Source: an uncultured Gammaproteobacteria bacterium
GTDB taxonomy: Bacteria > Patescibacteriota > Patescibacteriia > Patescibacteriales > UBA12465
Assembly: GCA_964473565.1 (NCBI GenBank)
Contig: CAYYPI010000003.1
Location: 1,811-65,810 of the forward strand
DNA length: 64,000 nt
Direction: 5' to 3'
The first letter of the stretch is position 1; every line of letters starts with the position of its first letter. Positions 9,706 through 19,464 of this stretch are shown here, one piece after another. The notes below the pieces were generated by a model that was not told where the DNA came from, did no database searches, and worked only from the letters and a program-made list of their open reading frames with translations. Both the position numbers and the translations under genes were made by a program.

Positions 9706-9743
9706 AAAAAAAGAGCCATTTATATAATTTTGGCTCTTTTTTT
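9706..9743. terminator. bidirectional intrinsic terminator between convergent genes
   Basis: A-run, then AGAGCCA ... TGGCTCT hairpin, then T-run. It lies between the 8106-9680 gene (+) and efp (-). Confidence 0.7.
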
Positions 9744-9760
9744 ATAACTCATCTAAGTTG

Positions 9761-10318
9761 TTAGGCTCTTTCTACATACTCTCCAGTTTCTGTATTTATT
9801 CTAATTACATCACCTTCATTAATGAATAGTGGAACGCTAATACTAGTTCCTGTTTCTATTTCTACGGTTTTATTAACATTACCAGCACTGTTACCTTTAA
9901 CTCCTGGAGGTGAGGATATTACTTTAAATTCCATTTTAATTGGCAACTCTATACTCACAGCTTGTGATTGAAAATATAATACTGTTACTTCTGTTCCTTC
10001 TTTAAGGTATTTAATTTGTTCTCCAAGTTGATCTAAGCTTAATGAGAATTGTTCAAAAGTTTCATTGTTCATGAAATAAGCTTCATTTTCATCTTTATAT
10101 AAATAATCAGCTTTTTTTCTTTCAGTCTGAGCTTCTTTGGCTTTATCATTGCCTTGAAAGGTTTTATCTAAAACATTACCATTAATTAAGTTTTTTAACT
10201 TAGTTTTTAGCACAGCCCCACCTCTAGCCATTTTATGGTGATGAGTCTCTGTTATAACATAGGGCTCGTTATTTTCTTCAATAACTTTACCAACTTTAAT
10301 TTGATTGATGTTAAGCAT
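9761..10318 (-). CDS. efp: elongation factor P
   Basis: 185 aa. Has the N-terminal KVGKVIE...PYVITETHHHKMARGGAVLKTKLKNL and three OB/KOW-like domains of normal length. Confidence 0.95.
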   Translation of the reverse strand: MLNINQIKVGKVIEENNEPYVITETHHHKMARGGAVLKTKLKNLINGNVLDKTFQGNDKAKEAQTERKKADYLYKDENEAYFMNNETFEQFSLSLDQLGEQIKYLKEGTEVTVLYFQSQAVSIELPIKMEFKVISSPPGVKGNSAGNVNKTVEIETGTSISVPLFINEGDVIRINTETGEYVERA

Positions 10319-10323
10319 AATTT

Positions 10324-10530
10324 TTATTTATGTGTAGCAGCGAGTAGGGCAACAATCCTAGCTCTTTTTACAGCAGTGGTTAATTTTCTTTGGTGCCATG
10401 AACAAACTCCAGTTCTTTTACCTGGTAATATTTTCATATAGAAATTCATAAACTTACGAAGTGTTCTGACATCTTTGTAATCAACCTCTAGGTTGTTGGC
10501 ACAAAAATAACATTCTTTATTTTTTGGCAT
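10324..10530 (-). CDS. rpsR: 30S ribosomal protein S18
   Basis: 68 aa. CYFC...VDYKDV..LRKF and [27 protein letters not shown] match S18. Confidence 0.9.
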   Translation of the reverse strand: MPKNKECYFCANNLEVDYKDVRTLRKFMNFYMKILPGKRTGVCSWHQRKLTTAVKRARIVALLAATHK

Positions 10531-10553
10531 ATTTTTTATTAATTTTAATTATT

Positions 10554-11006
10554 TTAAAAAGGTATGTTTTCTACCTTAATTTCTTCATCATCAGTACTCT
10601 CTTCTTCTTGTTGTATTACTGGCTCAGGTTCATTGCTGTTTTGGCTGTAATTATTATTTACAGGTGCTCCTGCGCCACCCTTATTGTCTAGCATAATCAT
10701 ATTTTCAGCTACTATTTCAGTCTTATATCTTTTATTACCATCTTGTCCTGTCCAGTCTGAGGTTTGCAGTCTTCCTTCAATGTACACTTTTGATCCTTTC
10801 TTGAGATACTGACCACAGATTTCTGCTAATTTTCTCCAGGCTACAATATTATGAAATTCAGCTTTTTGTTGTTTCTGCCCGGACTGATCTGTCCAGGTTA
10901 GATTAGTGGCTATAGAGAAACTGGTAACTGGTTGACCACTAGCTGTGGAACGAGTTTCAGGGTCTCTAGTAACGTTGCCAATAATCATAGCTTTGTTTAA
11001 ATCCAT
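10554..11006 (-). CDS. ssb: single-stranded DNA-binding protein
   Basis: OB fold beginning MDLNKAMIIGNVTRDPETR, and an acidic C-terminal tip ending DDEEIKVENIPF. Confidence 0.95.
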   Translation of the reverse strand: MDLNKAMIIGNVTRDPETRSTASGQPVTSFSIATNLTWTDQSGQKQQKAEFHNIVAWRKLAEICGQYLKKGSKVYIEGRLQTSDWTGQDGNKRYKTEIVAENMIMLDNKGGAGAPVNNNYSQNSNEPEPVIQQEEESTDDEEIKVENIPF

Positions 11007-11022
11007 ATGAATATTGTTAATA

Positions 11023-11622
11023 TTATTTAATTAAATCTTGAGCGTCTAAGATATTGTCTAATTTATCATCAAGATCCTTTAAGCTTTCTTCTTTTTCCTT
11101 TTTATCTTCTTCTTTACTTTCTTTCTTTTTATCCTCTTCTTTGCTCACTTCTTCTTTAGACTCTTTCTTTTTTTCTTCTTTTATTTTTTCTGTAGAGTCA
11201 TCTTCTGTTTTCTTTGTAGCAGTATCTCCTTTTTCTTTAGTTTCTTTTTCATCTTTATTTTTACTTAATGCCTCTTGCTTTGCTTTTTCTGCATTAATTT
11301 CTTCTAAAGTTCTTTTTGTTCTTTTGATAATTTGGAATCTAATAATCTTATCAAATAATCTTAAATTTTCGTTTAAGTCTGGCAGAGCTGTGGTTTCTAA
11401 ATCAAACTCTAAAAGACTGTAGTAACCAAAGTGGTTATGTTTAATGGGATAGGCTAACTTCTTTTTACCCCAAAATTCTTTGTAGGTTATCTCTCCTTTG
11501 TATTTAGCAATAATGCCTTCTACATCTTGAGATATTTTTTTAGCTTCTTCTTCAGTATACTCATTAGCCATTATGAATAGAACTTCATAATGCCCTGGTC
11601 CTGATGGTTTTGTTTTTGACAT
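11023..11622 (-). CDS. rpsF: 30S ribosomal protein S6 with a long K/E-rich C-terminal extension
   Basis: The N-terminal ~100 aa are S6-like (YEVLFIMANEYTEEEAKK..., KLAYPIKHNHFGYY). The C-terminal ~90 aa are low-complexity K/E/D. Gene order is rpsF-ssb-rpsR. Confidence 0.85.
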   Translation of the reverse strand: MSKTKPSGPGHYEVLFIMANEYTEEEAKKISQDVEGIIAKYKGEITYKEFWGKKKLAYPIKHNHFGYYSLLEFDLETTALPDLNENLRLFDKIIRFQIIKRTKRTLEEINAEKAKQEALSKNKDEKETKEKGDTATKKTEDDSTEKIKEEKKKESKEEVSKEEDKKKESKEEDKKEKEESLKDLDDKLDNILDAQDLIK

Positions 11623-11683
11623 AATGATTTTACGTTATTTTAAATTATATTAAATTAAAAATTAATTAAATTAAAATTAGATT

Positions 11684-11727
11684 AAAAAATCCCAAAGTAT
11701 TACAAACACTTTGGGCCATGTAATACC
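11684..11727 (-). promoter_or_regulatory. leader attenuator of the rpsF-ssb-rpsR operon (terminator plus competing antiterminator)
   Basis: The minus-strand RNA reads GUAUUACA-UGG-CCCAAAGU-GUU-UGUAAUAC-UUUGGG-A-UUUUUU. The terminator stem is CCCAAAGU/ACUUUGGG followed by a U-run. The alternative stem GUAUUACA/UGUAAUAC overlaps it. Confidence 0.5.
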
Positions 11728-11804
11728 TTTAATTCTATTTATTGTATAGAATTGCGCCAATTAATATTGGGCGTGGGAAAGGTTCTTAATCAAATTGTTA
11801 ATTT

Positions 11805-11833
11805 AATATATCATAAGTATTTAAAAATTGCAA
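11805..11833 (-). promoter_or_regulatory. sigma70-type promoter for rpsF operon
   Basis: On the minus strand: TTGCAA, a 17-nt spacer, then TATATT. This predicts a ~175-nt 5' UTR. Confidence 0.5.
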
Positions 11834-11899
11834 GGTTTATATATTTGTCAGATATGGTTAAATAGTATAGTCTTAAACTATAGTTAAATTATTAAAATT

Positions 11900-13084
11900 A
11901 TGTATAAATATATTTTCATTTTAGGTTCAAACCCCGGCTTATCACTAGCTGAAATTTTAAGTGTCTTTGATATAAAAAAGTATAGCTTACTTACCGAAGC
12001 CTTAGTTATTGAAACTGATAAGAGTCTAGATATTCAAAAAAGTATTGATAAATTAGGTGGTACTATAAAGATTGCTGAGTATAAAGAGGAATTTGATTAT
12101 AAGAACTTAAAAGAGAGTATAGCGGATTTAATATACAAAGAGGCTTTAAGTAGAAAAAAAGGTAAATTTAATTATGCAATCTCTTTATATGGTAAAGTAA
12201 ATGTTAATTACAAGGATTTAGCTATAGGGATAAAGAATTTACTAAGAATTAATGCTGTGTCATCTAGGTGGGTCAAGGCGCAAGGCAAGGAAAAGAGTCT
12301 TTCTAGTGCTAGTGTTTATCATAATAAACTTCTTAGTGAAAATGGTGTAGAATTATTACTTATTAACAATAATAAAAGAGTCATTGTTGGCAAAACCTTG
12401 GCAGTGCAAAGCTTTATTGATTATTCTAAAAGAGATTATGGCAGGCCAGAAAGGGATAGCTTCTCAGGAATGATACCGCCTAAATTAGCTAAAATGATGC
12501 TTAATTTATCTGGGTTTAAAAATAGCGATACATTGTTAGATCCTTTTTGTGGTTCTGGTACTATTATTAATGAAGCCTTGTTTTTAGGTTTGAAAAAAAT
12601 TTATGGCTTTGATATTTCAAAAAAGGCAGTGGAGGATACAAGTAATAATTTGAAGTGGTTAGAAAAAGAATTTTCGCAAGATGCTTCAAGCGTAGAAATT
12701 AAGCAATTGGATGTGAGGAAGCTTTCACAAGACTTAGCTAAAAGTAGTATTGATATTGTTTGCACAGAACCATACTTAGGTCCTCAAAGAGGTAAGATAG
12801 AGGCTAAGACTGTAAAAAACGAATTAGATAAATTATATTCTGAAGCACTTGAGGAACTATATAAAGTACTAAAACCCAAAGCTAAAGTAGTTATGATTTG
12901 GCCTATGTTTTTTCCTGAAAAAAACCCACTATATTTGGACCCTAATATTAAGGGATATAAAAAGCTTAGCTTTAAACATTTAAATGACTTAAACCTGCTT
13001 AATAAAAGATATAATCTTTACTATGGAAGGACTGGTCAAAGGTTGTGGAGAGAAGTTGTAGTTTTAGAGAAGGAAAATAAATAA
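11900..13084 (+). CDS. SAM-dependent RNA methyltransferase, UPF0020/Trm11-like
   Basis: 394 aa. Motif I is LLDPFCGSGTIINEA. A variant motif IV is CTEPYLGP. An N-terminal THUMP-like region of suitable size is present. Confidence 0.6.
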   Translation: MYKYIFILGSNPGLSLAEILSVFDIKKYSLLTEALVIETDKSLDIQKSIDKLGGTIKIAEYKEEFDYKNLKESIADLIYKEALSRKKGKFNYAISLYGKVNVNYKDLAIGIKNLLRINAVSSRWVKAQGKEKSLSSASVYHNKLLSENGVELLLINNNKRVIVGKTLAVQSFIDYSKRDYGRPERDSFSGMIPPKLAKMMLNLSGFKNSDTLLDPFCGSGTIINEALFLGLKKIYGFDISKKAVEDTSNNLKWLEKEFSQDASSVEIKQLDVRKLSQDLAKSSIDIVCTEPYLGPQRGKIEAKTVKNELDKLYSEALEELYKVLKPKAKVVMIWPMFFPEKNPLYLDPNIKGYKKLSFKHLNDLNLLNKRYNLYYGRTGQRLWREVVVLEKENK

Positions 13085-13124
13085 AGTTTTTATAGACACT
13101 GCTACTAGAGAATTAATTTTAAAA

Positions 13125-13161
13125 TAAAAAAAAGAAGAGCCTTTAAAAGCTCCTCTTTTTT
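13125..13161. terminator. bidirectional intrinsic terminator
   Basis: A-run, then AGAAGAGC/GCTCCTCT hairpin with one mismatch, then T-run. It lies between convergent genes. Confidence 0.65.
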
Positions 13162-13185
13162 ATATAAAAATATAATTTTTATTTA

Positions 13186-14244
13186 TTATCTATTAATCAA
13201 GAAATGACAAACATCTCCATCCTTTACAATATATTCTTTACCTTCAGTTCTAATTAAACCTTGCTCTTTAGCATTCTTTTCTGAACCAGCTTCAACAAGT
13301 TCTTTCCAGTTAATAACTTCTACTCTAATAAAGTGTTTTTGAAAGTCAGTATGAATAGCTGCAGCAGCTTCAGGAGCACTAGCTCCTTTTTTTATGGTCC
13401 AAGCTCTGGTTTCTTCTGGGCCTGTAGTTAAAAATGTTTCTAGGTTAAGTAATTTATAAGAGGCAGTAATTAATTTATCAAGACCACTGCTGCCCATATT
13501 TAATTCTTTTAAAAACTCTTCCTGTTCTTCTTTTGGTAAATCAATAATTTCTTGTTCAATCTTTACATTAATAGCTAAATAATCTTTTTCCTTGCTGTTT
13601 TGATATTTTTCAGGTTGGTCAGTGTTAATAATGTAAAGTATTGGTTTTATAGTTAAGAGATTTAATTGTTTTACCATTTCTTTTTCTTTGTCATTTAATT
13701 CAAGCTCTCTTATTGCTACCCCGTTTTCTAGATTAGTTTTTAATTTTTTAAGTAATTCATAAAAAAGTATCTTTTCTTTGTCTCCGGCTTTAGTTTCTTT
13801 TTGAGCTTTTTCCATCCTTTTGTTAACTGTACTTAAATCTGCAAAAATAAGCTCAAGGTTAATTGTTTCTTTATCTTCTTTAGGATCAACTTTACCAGCA
13901 ACATGAATAATATTTTCATCTTGAAAATCTCTAATTACCTCACAAATAGCGTCACACTCTCTGATGTTAGCAAGAAATTGATTACCCAAACCCTCACCTT
14001 TATGAGCACCTTTAACAAGTCCGGCCACATCAACGAATTCTATAGCGGTTGGAATAGTTTTTTTTGATTTTGATATTTCAGTTAAGGCTTTTAGTCTTTC
14101 ATCAGGAACCTCTACAATCCCCACATTGGGATCAATGGTGCAAAAAGGATAGTTAGATGCTTCTGCTTTTGTTTTTGTCAGTAGGTTAAAAAGACTAGAT
14201 TTACCGACATTAGGCAGACCAATTATAGCTAGAGATAATCCCAT
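13186..14244 (-). CDS. ychF: redox-regulated ribosome-binding ATPase YchF
   Basis: 352 aa. G1 motif GLPNVGKSSLFN, FCTIDPNVG, and a C-terminal TGS-like domain ending GDVCHFL. Confidence 0.95.
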   Translation of the reverse strand: MGLSLAIIGLPNVGKSSLFNLLTKTKAEASNYPFCTIDPNVGIVEVPDERLKALTEISKSKKTIPTAIEFVDVAGLVKGAHKGEGLGNQFLANIRECDAICEVIRDFQDENIIHVAGKVDPKEDKETINLELIFADLSTVNKRMEKAQKETKAGDKEKILFYELLKKLKTNLENGVAIRELELNDKEKEMVKQLNLLTIKPILYIINTDQPEKYQNSKEKDYLAINVKIEQEIIDLPKEEQEEFLKELNMGSSGLDKLITASYKLLNLETFLTTGPEETRAWTIKKGASAPEAAAAIHTDFQKHFIRVEVINWKELVEAGSEKNAKEQGLIRTEGKEYIVKDGDVCHFLINR

Positions 14245-14272
14245 ATATTATTTATTAAGTTTATATTATTTA

Positions 14273-17200
14273 TTAGGACTGCTTTTTTAAACAATCCTTT
14301 TTACATAAAGAAGTATACAGAATAGGAACGATTATTAAGTTTAGCAGAGTTGAAAATATTAGACCGAAAATAACAGCTAAGCTAAGACCTCTCCACATTT
14401 CATTTGCATAGATAAGTGGTGCAATACCGGCAATAGTGGTGATAGAGGTAATGAGTATTGGCTGCATACGAGCAATTCCTCCCTCTATTACAGCTTCATT
14501 AAACTCCAAGCCATCTTTAATATTTTTATTAATTCTATCGATTAAAACAATAGCGTCATTTACTACAATACCTGACAGTGAAACTATACCAATAAATACA
14601 GCAATTGAAAATGCTTGTCCAATAGCAAAGAGTCCCAAAATAACACCAATAATTGCTAAGGGTAGAGAGAATAATATTATAAGTGGTTGTTTAAAGGAAT
14701 TAAATTGTAGTATTAGTATAGCCCCAATTAAAAATATTGCAATAATCATGGAGTAAAACATTTCCATATAAGATTTTTCAATATCTTCAGTTTCACCACC
14801 AATTTCTATAGAGCTATTATCAGGTAAATCATATGTTTGTATTTCTTCTTTAAAGTTTTGGGTTATTTCTTGTAAGTTAGCACCTTTTTTAAGTTCAGCA
14901 GTAACAGTAGCTATTTGTTTGCCATTTTTGTGCTCAATTGCTAAAAGTGATGGCTCCAAGTTTAAGTTAGCAACTTGCTTTAAAGGTATTTCTTCGCCTT
15001 TTTGATTAATTATTAAAAGGTTTTTAATATCATCAATGTTAGTAAAATCCTGTTTAGCATATTTAACAATTATTTCTATATCTTCATCATTTAAATTAAC
15101 AGTTGAGGCTGTGGTGCCTGATAAAGCATTTCTAACAGTGCTAGCAATAGATGATGTATTTAATGAGTAGTAACTAGCTTTTTGTCTATCAATAGTAAAG
15201 ACGAATTCTCCGCTTGCGTTACTTAAACTAGTTTCTATGTTAATAGCATTTTCTACGTTTTGAAAATATTTGAGTACCTTCTCGCTATACGTTGAGAGTG
15301 TTTTACTGTTATCTGAAAATATCCTTACCTCTATTGGGGCGCCACTTGGTGGTCCAGCTGCTACTTCATTAACACTAAGTTCTGCTCCTTGAATATCTTT
15401 TATTTCTTCTCTTAAGCTCTCAGCAATAGCAAAGCTTGTTCTTTCTCTTTCATCCTTTTCTGAAACGTTAACAGTGATAGTAGCTTTATTTCTTGAATCA
15501 GATGAAGACATCATGTCAGCACTTATCTCTGTACCAATAGTTGTGACATAATTTTGTAGTTCTGGGATTTCTGCAACTTTTTCTTCCGCTTTTACTGTAA
15601 TTTCTTTAGTTTTTTCAAGACTTGATCCTGTTGGTAGTTCAATGTTTACATAAAAATATTCAAAATCTATTTGAGGAAACATTTGTATGCGCATTAAGCC
15701 GCTAACCGGGATGGCAATAGTGATTAAAAATAAAATCCAAGCACTGACGATAATTGTTCTTCTTTTCTTTTTAGAGGGCAGTATATTGCTAAGTTGTTTT
15801 CTGTATTTAACAGCTAATTTAGACATCTGCTTATTTATATACTGATGTCTTTTTTTATTTCTACCACCACCATTACCATTTGTTTTAACTTTTAGAAATC
15901 TTGTAACTAAAGTAGGGATAATAATTAAGGCAACAAATAAACTAGAAAGCAAAGTTACGATCAATGTTTTAGGGATAATGCTAATATATTCTCCCATAAT
16001 TCCTGACACTAAAAGCATAGGGAAAAAAGCAGATACAGTAGTTAAAGTTCCAGAGGTGATAGCAGCTTTAAAGTTCCAAACAGAAAGTATAGCAGCTTCA
16101 TAAACATTGCGCTTATGTTTTACTACATATTCATTAATACCTTCTATAACTACAATGGCATTGTCTACCATTAAACCTAAAGATAATACTAATGAAAAAA
16201 GAACCATACTGTTTATTGTCATGTCTTGAAGCATTAAGAAGATAAAAGACATTAAAAAAGCAATAGGCACGGCCAAGGCTGTGATTACAGCTCCTCTTAA
16301 ACTAAGTATTGCTAAAAGTATTAAAGCAATAAGAATGAAAGTTTGAATAGCGCTACCTCCTAAGATGCTCAAATCTTCTTTGATATATTTAGAATTATCA
16401 TTAGTCTTTTCAACTTTAATGGTACTAGGTAAAACATTGTTATTTTTTAAAGAAGAGATAGCGTCCTCTGAATTATCTACAATATTTAAAATATTTCCTC
16501 CCACCTTTTTATATACTTGTAGGGAAATAGTATTTTGAGGTTCTTGATTTGGGTAGGCAATTCTTGATTCAGTAGCTTTTTCTTTATAAGTATCTTTAAT
16601 GGTGGCTACATCTTCTAAAAAAACAGGCGAGTCATTGTAGGTGGTAATAACTAAACTATTTAAATCACTAGCTTCTGTAATCTTACCTTTAATTCTTACC
16701 CCATATCTGTATTCATCAATTTCAATAACACCAGCAGGCAGATTAAAGTTGGTATTGCCAATAGCATTAACTATTTGCCCTAGTGATAAATTATAGGTAC
16801 TTAATTTAGTTTCATCTACTATAATTTGAAACTCTCTTTCTAGGCCACCAATAATCTCTACTTTAGAAACATCAGCAACAGACTCTAATTCTTCTTGTAA
16901 TTTATCAGCATATTTTTTTAATTCACTATCACTGTAGTCACCCACTAAAGAGTAAGTAACAATAGGCATATCGCTGAGTCTTATCTCTGTCACTTCCGGA
17001 CTACTAGCATCATTTGGTAGTTTAGGTTTAGCCCTATCTACCGCTTCTCTTAATTTTTGAAAACTGTCTTGTAAATCAGCTTCTGCATCATATTCCACAA
17101 AGACAGAAGAAAAACCTAAGCCAGAAGTAGAGCTGTAATTATTTAGCTTTTCTAAATTTTTTATCTCACTTTCTATTTTGTTTGTAATTAGAGTTTCTGT

Positions 17201-17446
17201 ATCACTAGGACTAGCGCCAGGAAAGGTAGTGGTAATTACTGCGTAGGGTACTTTAACTTCTGGTTGGGCTTCTTTTGGTAGAGTAAAAATAGCAAAAAAA
17301 CCAAAAACAATAATAAGTAGCATTATTAGGTAAGTGAAACGATAATTAGTAATAAAAAAACCAAGCCAAGATTTCTTTTCTTTTTTAAAGGCGTGGTCTA
17401 GTTTTCTTTCTTTCTTTTCTAAGTACTCTTTATTATTAGTGTCCAT
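14273..17446 (-). CDS. RND efflux transporter permease (AcrB/HAE family)
   Basis: 1057 aa with 12 TM spans and two large extracytoplasmic loops. The conserved TM4 region reads SLVLSLGLMVDNAIVVIEG. Confidence 0.9.
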   Translation of the reverse strand: MDTNNKEYLEKKERKLDHAFKKEKKSWLGFFITNYRFTYLIMLLIIVFGFFAIFTLPKEAQPEVKVPYAVITTTFPGASPSDTETLITNKIESEIKNLEKLNNYSSTSGLGFSSVFVEYDAEADLQDSFQKLREAVDRAKPKLPNDASSPEVTEIRLSDMPIVTYSLVGDYSDSELKKYADKLQEELESVADVSKVEIIGGLEREFQIIVDETKLSTYNLSLGQIVNAIGNTNFNLPAGVIEIDEYRYGVRIKGKITEASDLNSLVITTYNDSPVFLEDVATIKDTYKEKATESRIAYPNQEPQNTISLQVYKKVGGNILNIVDNSEDAISSLKNNNVLPSTIKVEKTNDNSKYIKEDLSILGGSAIQTFILIALILLAILSLRGAVITALAVPIAFLMSFIFLMLQDMTINSMVLFSLVLSLGLMVDNAIVVIEGINEYVVKHKRNVYEAAILSVWNFKAAITSGTLTTVSAFFPMLLVSGIMGEYISIIPKTLIVTLLSSLFVALIIIPTLVTRFLKVKTNGNGGGRNKKRHQYINKQMSKLAVKYRKQLSNILPSKKKRRTIIVSAWILFLITIAIPVSGLMRIQMFPQIDFEYFYVNIELPTGSSLEKTKEITVKAEEKVAEIPELQNYVTTIGTEISADMMSSSDSRNKATITVNVSEKDERERTSFAIAESLREEIKDIQGAELSVNEVAAGPPSGAPIEVRIFSDNSKTLSTYSEKVLKYFQNVENAINIETSLSNASGEFVFTIDRQKASYYSLNTSSIASTVRNALSGTTASTVNLNDEDIEIIVKYAKQDFTNIDDIKNLLIINQKGEEIPLKQVANLNLEPSLLAIEHKNGKQIATVTAELKKGANLQEITQNFKEEIQTYDLPDNSSIEIGGETEDIEKSYMEMFYSMIIAIFLIGAILILQFNSFKQPLIILFSLPLAIIGVILGLFAIGQAFSIAVFIGIVSLSGIVVNDAIVLIDRINKNIKDGLEFNEAVIEGGIARMQPILITSITTIAGIAPLIYANEMWRGLSLAVIFGLIFSTLLNLIIVPILYTSLCKKDCLKKQS

Positions 17447-17457
17447 ATTTTAAGCCA

Positions 17458-19269
17458 TTATTTAATTTGAATTAAGGAGTTATTTTCTATAGATTTAGAG
17501 CCACTCATAATTATTTCATCATTAATTCTTAGACCAGACTTTATTTCTACTAAATTAGCTTCACTTTCACCAACACTTACTGCTTGTTTTTTAGCTACTA
17601 GCTGATCATTTTCATTCTTTTTTACTAAATAAACATAGTTTTCTGTTTGTGTTATAATCAGCGCTTCCAAAGGAATCATGATAGCTCCATTTTTAACAGA
17701 TATTTCATTGTTTTTTTTAATTTTTACATCTACAAAAGTGCCTGGAATTAGTTTTCTATCTTTATTGTCTACTAATATTTCTACCTCTACTTTTTTAGTT
17801 TGCTGATTAGCGCTAGGAGCAATGTTTGTAATTTGCGCTTTAATATCTTCATTGATAAGTACTTCTTGCCCTAGATTAACTTTGTATATATCCTCAGATG
17901 GCAAATTAATTGTCACCTTAATCTTTTCAAGCTGGGATATGCTAGCAATAATTTGTCCAGCATTTAGCTCTGCTCCAGTTTCAACATTTTTTGAGGTGAT
18001 TTGCCCAGAAATAGGTGCTGTGATAATTAGATCAGCCAATTGTTCTTGAGATAAGTTTAACTGTCCCAAAGCTGAATCAACCTGTGATTGCGCGGAAAGA
18101 ATTTGTTGTTTTTTGGATTCTTTAGCTGAGTTTAAAGTTACTAAAGCATTATTATATGATATTTCAGCATTGTTAACTTGATTCTTAGCACTTTGGATAT
18201 TATTTTCTAGAGCCAAGCGTTCTTTTGCTTGGGTTAATTCCATGGTGTTTAAGTTGTTTAAACTATTTTCTGCGCTTTGCAGTGAGTTAATTACATTATT
18301 ATATAAGCCAGAGAATTTTTCTTGCTGTGCATTTAAAGCGCTTTGTGGAAATCTAGCGCTTGAGACAGTATTGTCTAAAACAATAATAGTTTCGTTGCTT
18401 AGAGCTTTAGTTTGGCCAAGAAGTTCTATTATTTCTTCTAGTCTTAGTTCAATATATCGACTCTTCACCTGTTTATCTCTTAGATTTTCATAGTTAGCTT
18501 TAGTGCTTCTGTAGCTGTTTTTTGCTTCAACTAAGGCAGAATAACTTTTAGCACTAAGAGTTGCCTCAATATCATCAAGTTGTGGACCTGGTTCAGCATT
18601 AATAATATAGTTTATATCTTCTAAAGTGTCTTTAATTGTTTGTATGTGAGTGCTATATGAAATAACAGCGCTGTTCTTTGCGTCATCTAAGTTTTTTTCT
18701 TGTAAAGCTACAGTGCTTAGATAATTTTCTTGGCTTGACTCTAATGAATCTTTTGCATTACTTATAGCCTCCTGAGCTTGTTTTACGCCAACTTCAGCTT
18801 GTTCAACATTTGATTGTGTAGTTCTTTTCACAGCTTCAAGGTTGCTTAGCATATTATAATAATTAGTTAGAGCGTTTTGATAACCAGTTTTAGTAGAATT
18901 ATTTTTTAAATATACTAAAACTTGACCAGCACTTATTTGGTCTCCTCTATTAAATGAAAGCGATTCAATAGTTCCTTTGGCCAGAGCAGTCACATCTACC
19001 TCTGTTTCAGCTTTTACAGTGCCTACAGTGTCTATATATAGATTGTCTGTACTTGAAGTGGCGCTAGCTATTGTGATAGTTTCTACATTAAAGGCACTCT
19101 CTTTATTAGACGTATTTTCATTATTATCTACTAAAACATTATTAGTATTTTGTTTTTGCAGGGCACTATAAGCGCCATAAGCTAAAATAGCGATAATGAT
19201 AAGACTAGCAGCTACTATAATAATAGCTTTTTTAATGTTTTTTCTTTTTCTATTTGTATTTTCTGTCAT
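17458..19269 (-). CDS. RND/HlyD-family periplasmic adaptor, unusually long
   Basis: 603 aa. Has an N-terminal TM, a lipoyl-like half motif (GDQISAGQVLVYL ... ITAPISGQIT), about 300 aa of coiled coil, and a C-terminal beta-barrel. It lies directly upstream of the RND permease. Confidence 0.75.
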   Translation of the reverse strand: MTENTNRKRKNIKKAIIIVAASLIIIAILAYGAYSALQKQNTNNVLVDNNENTSNKESAFNVETITIASATSSTDNLYIDTVGTVKAETEVDVTALAKGTIESLSFNRGDQISAGQVLVYLKNNSTKTGYQNALTNYYNMLSNLEAVKRTTQSNVEQAEVGVKQAQEAISNAKDSLESSQENYLSTVALQEKNLDDAKNSAVISYSTHIQTIKDTLEDINYIINAEPGPQLDDIEATLSAKSYSALVEAKNSYRSTKANYENLRDKQVKSRYIELRLEEIIELLGQTKALSNETIIVLDNTVSSARFPQSALNAQQEKFSGLYNNVINSLQSAENSLNNLNTMELTQAKERLALENNIQSAKNQVNNAEISYNNALVTLNSAKESKKQQILSAQSQVDSALGQLNLSQEQLADLIITAPISGQITSKNVETGAELNAGQIIASISQLEKIKVTINLPSEDIYKVNLGQEVLINEDIKAQITNIAPSANQQTKKVEVEILVDNKDRKLIPGTFVDVKIKKNNEISVKNGAIMIPLEALIITQTENYVYLVKKNENDQLVAKKQAVSVGESEANLVEIKSGLRINDEIIMSGSKSIENNSLIQIK

Positions 19270-19464
19270 ATATTTCTTGATTAATAAAGTTTAGCTATCT
19301 TAATAGATAATTATTCTTTTGTCAAGTTATGATTACTATTTTTTTAAATTAAAAAAACAAGCTGTTTGTTTTAAAGAAGTGAACCTTTTAATAAAATATA
19401 GCGCAATTTTTTATTTGACTTTTATTAGTAAGTTTGGCATTATATAAATAGATATATAAATAAT

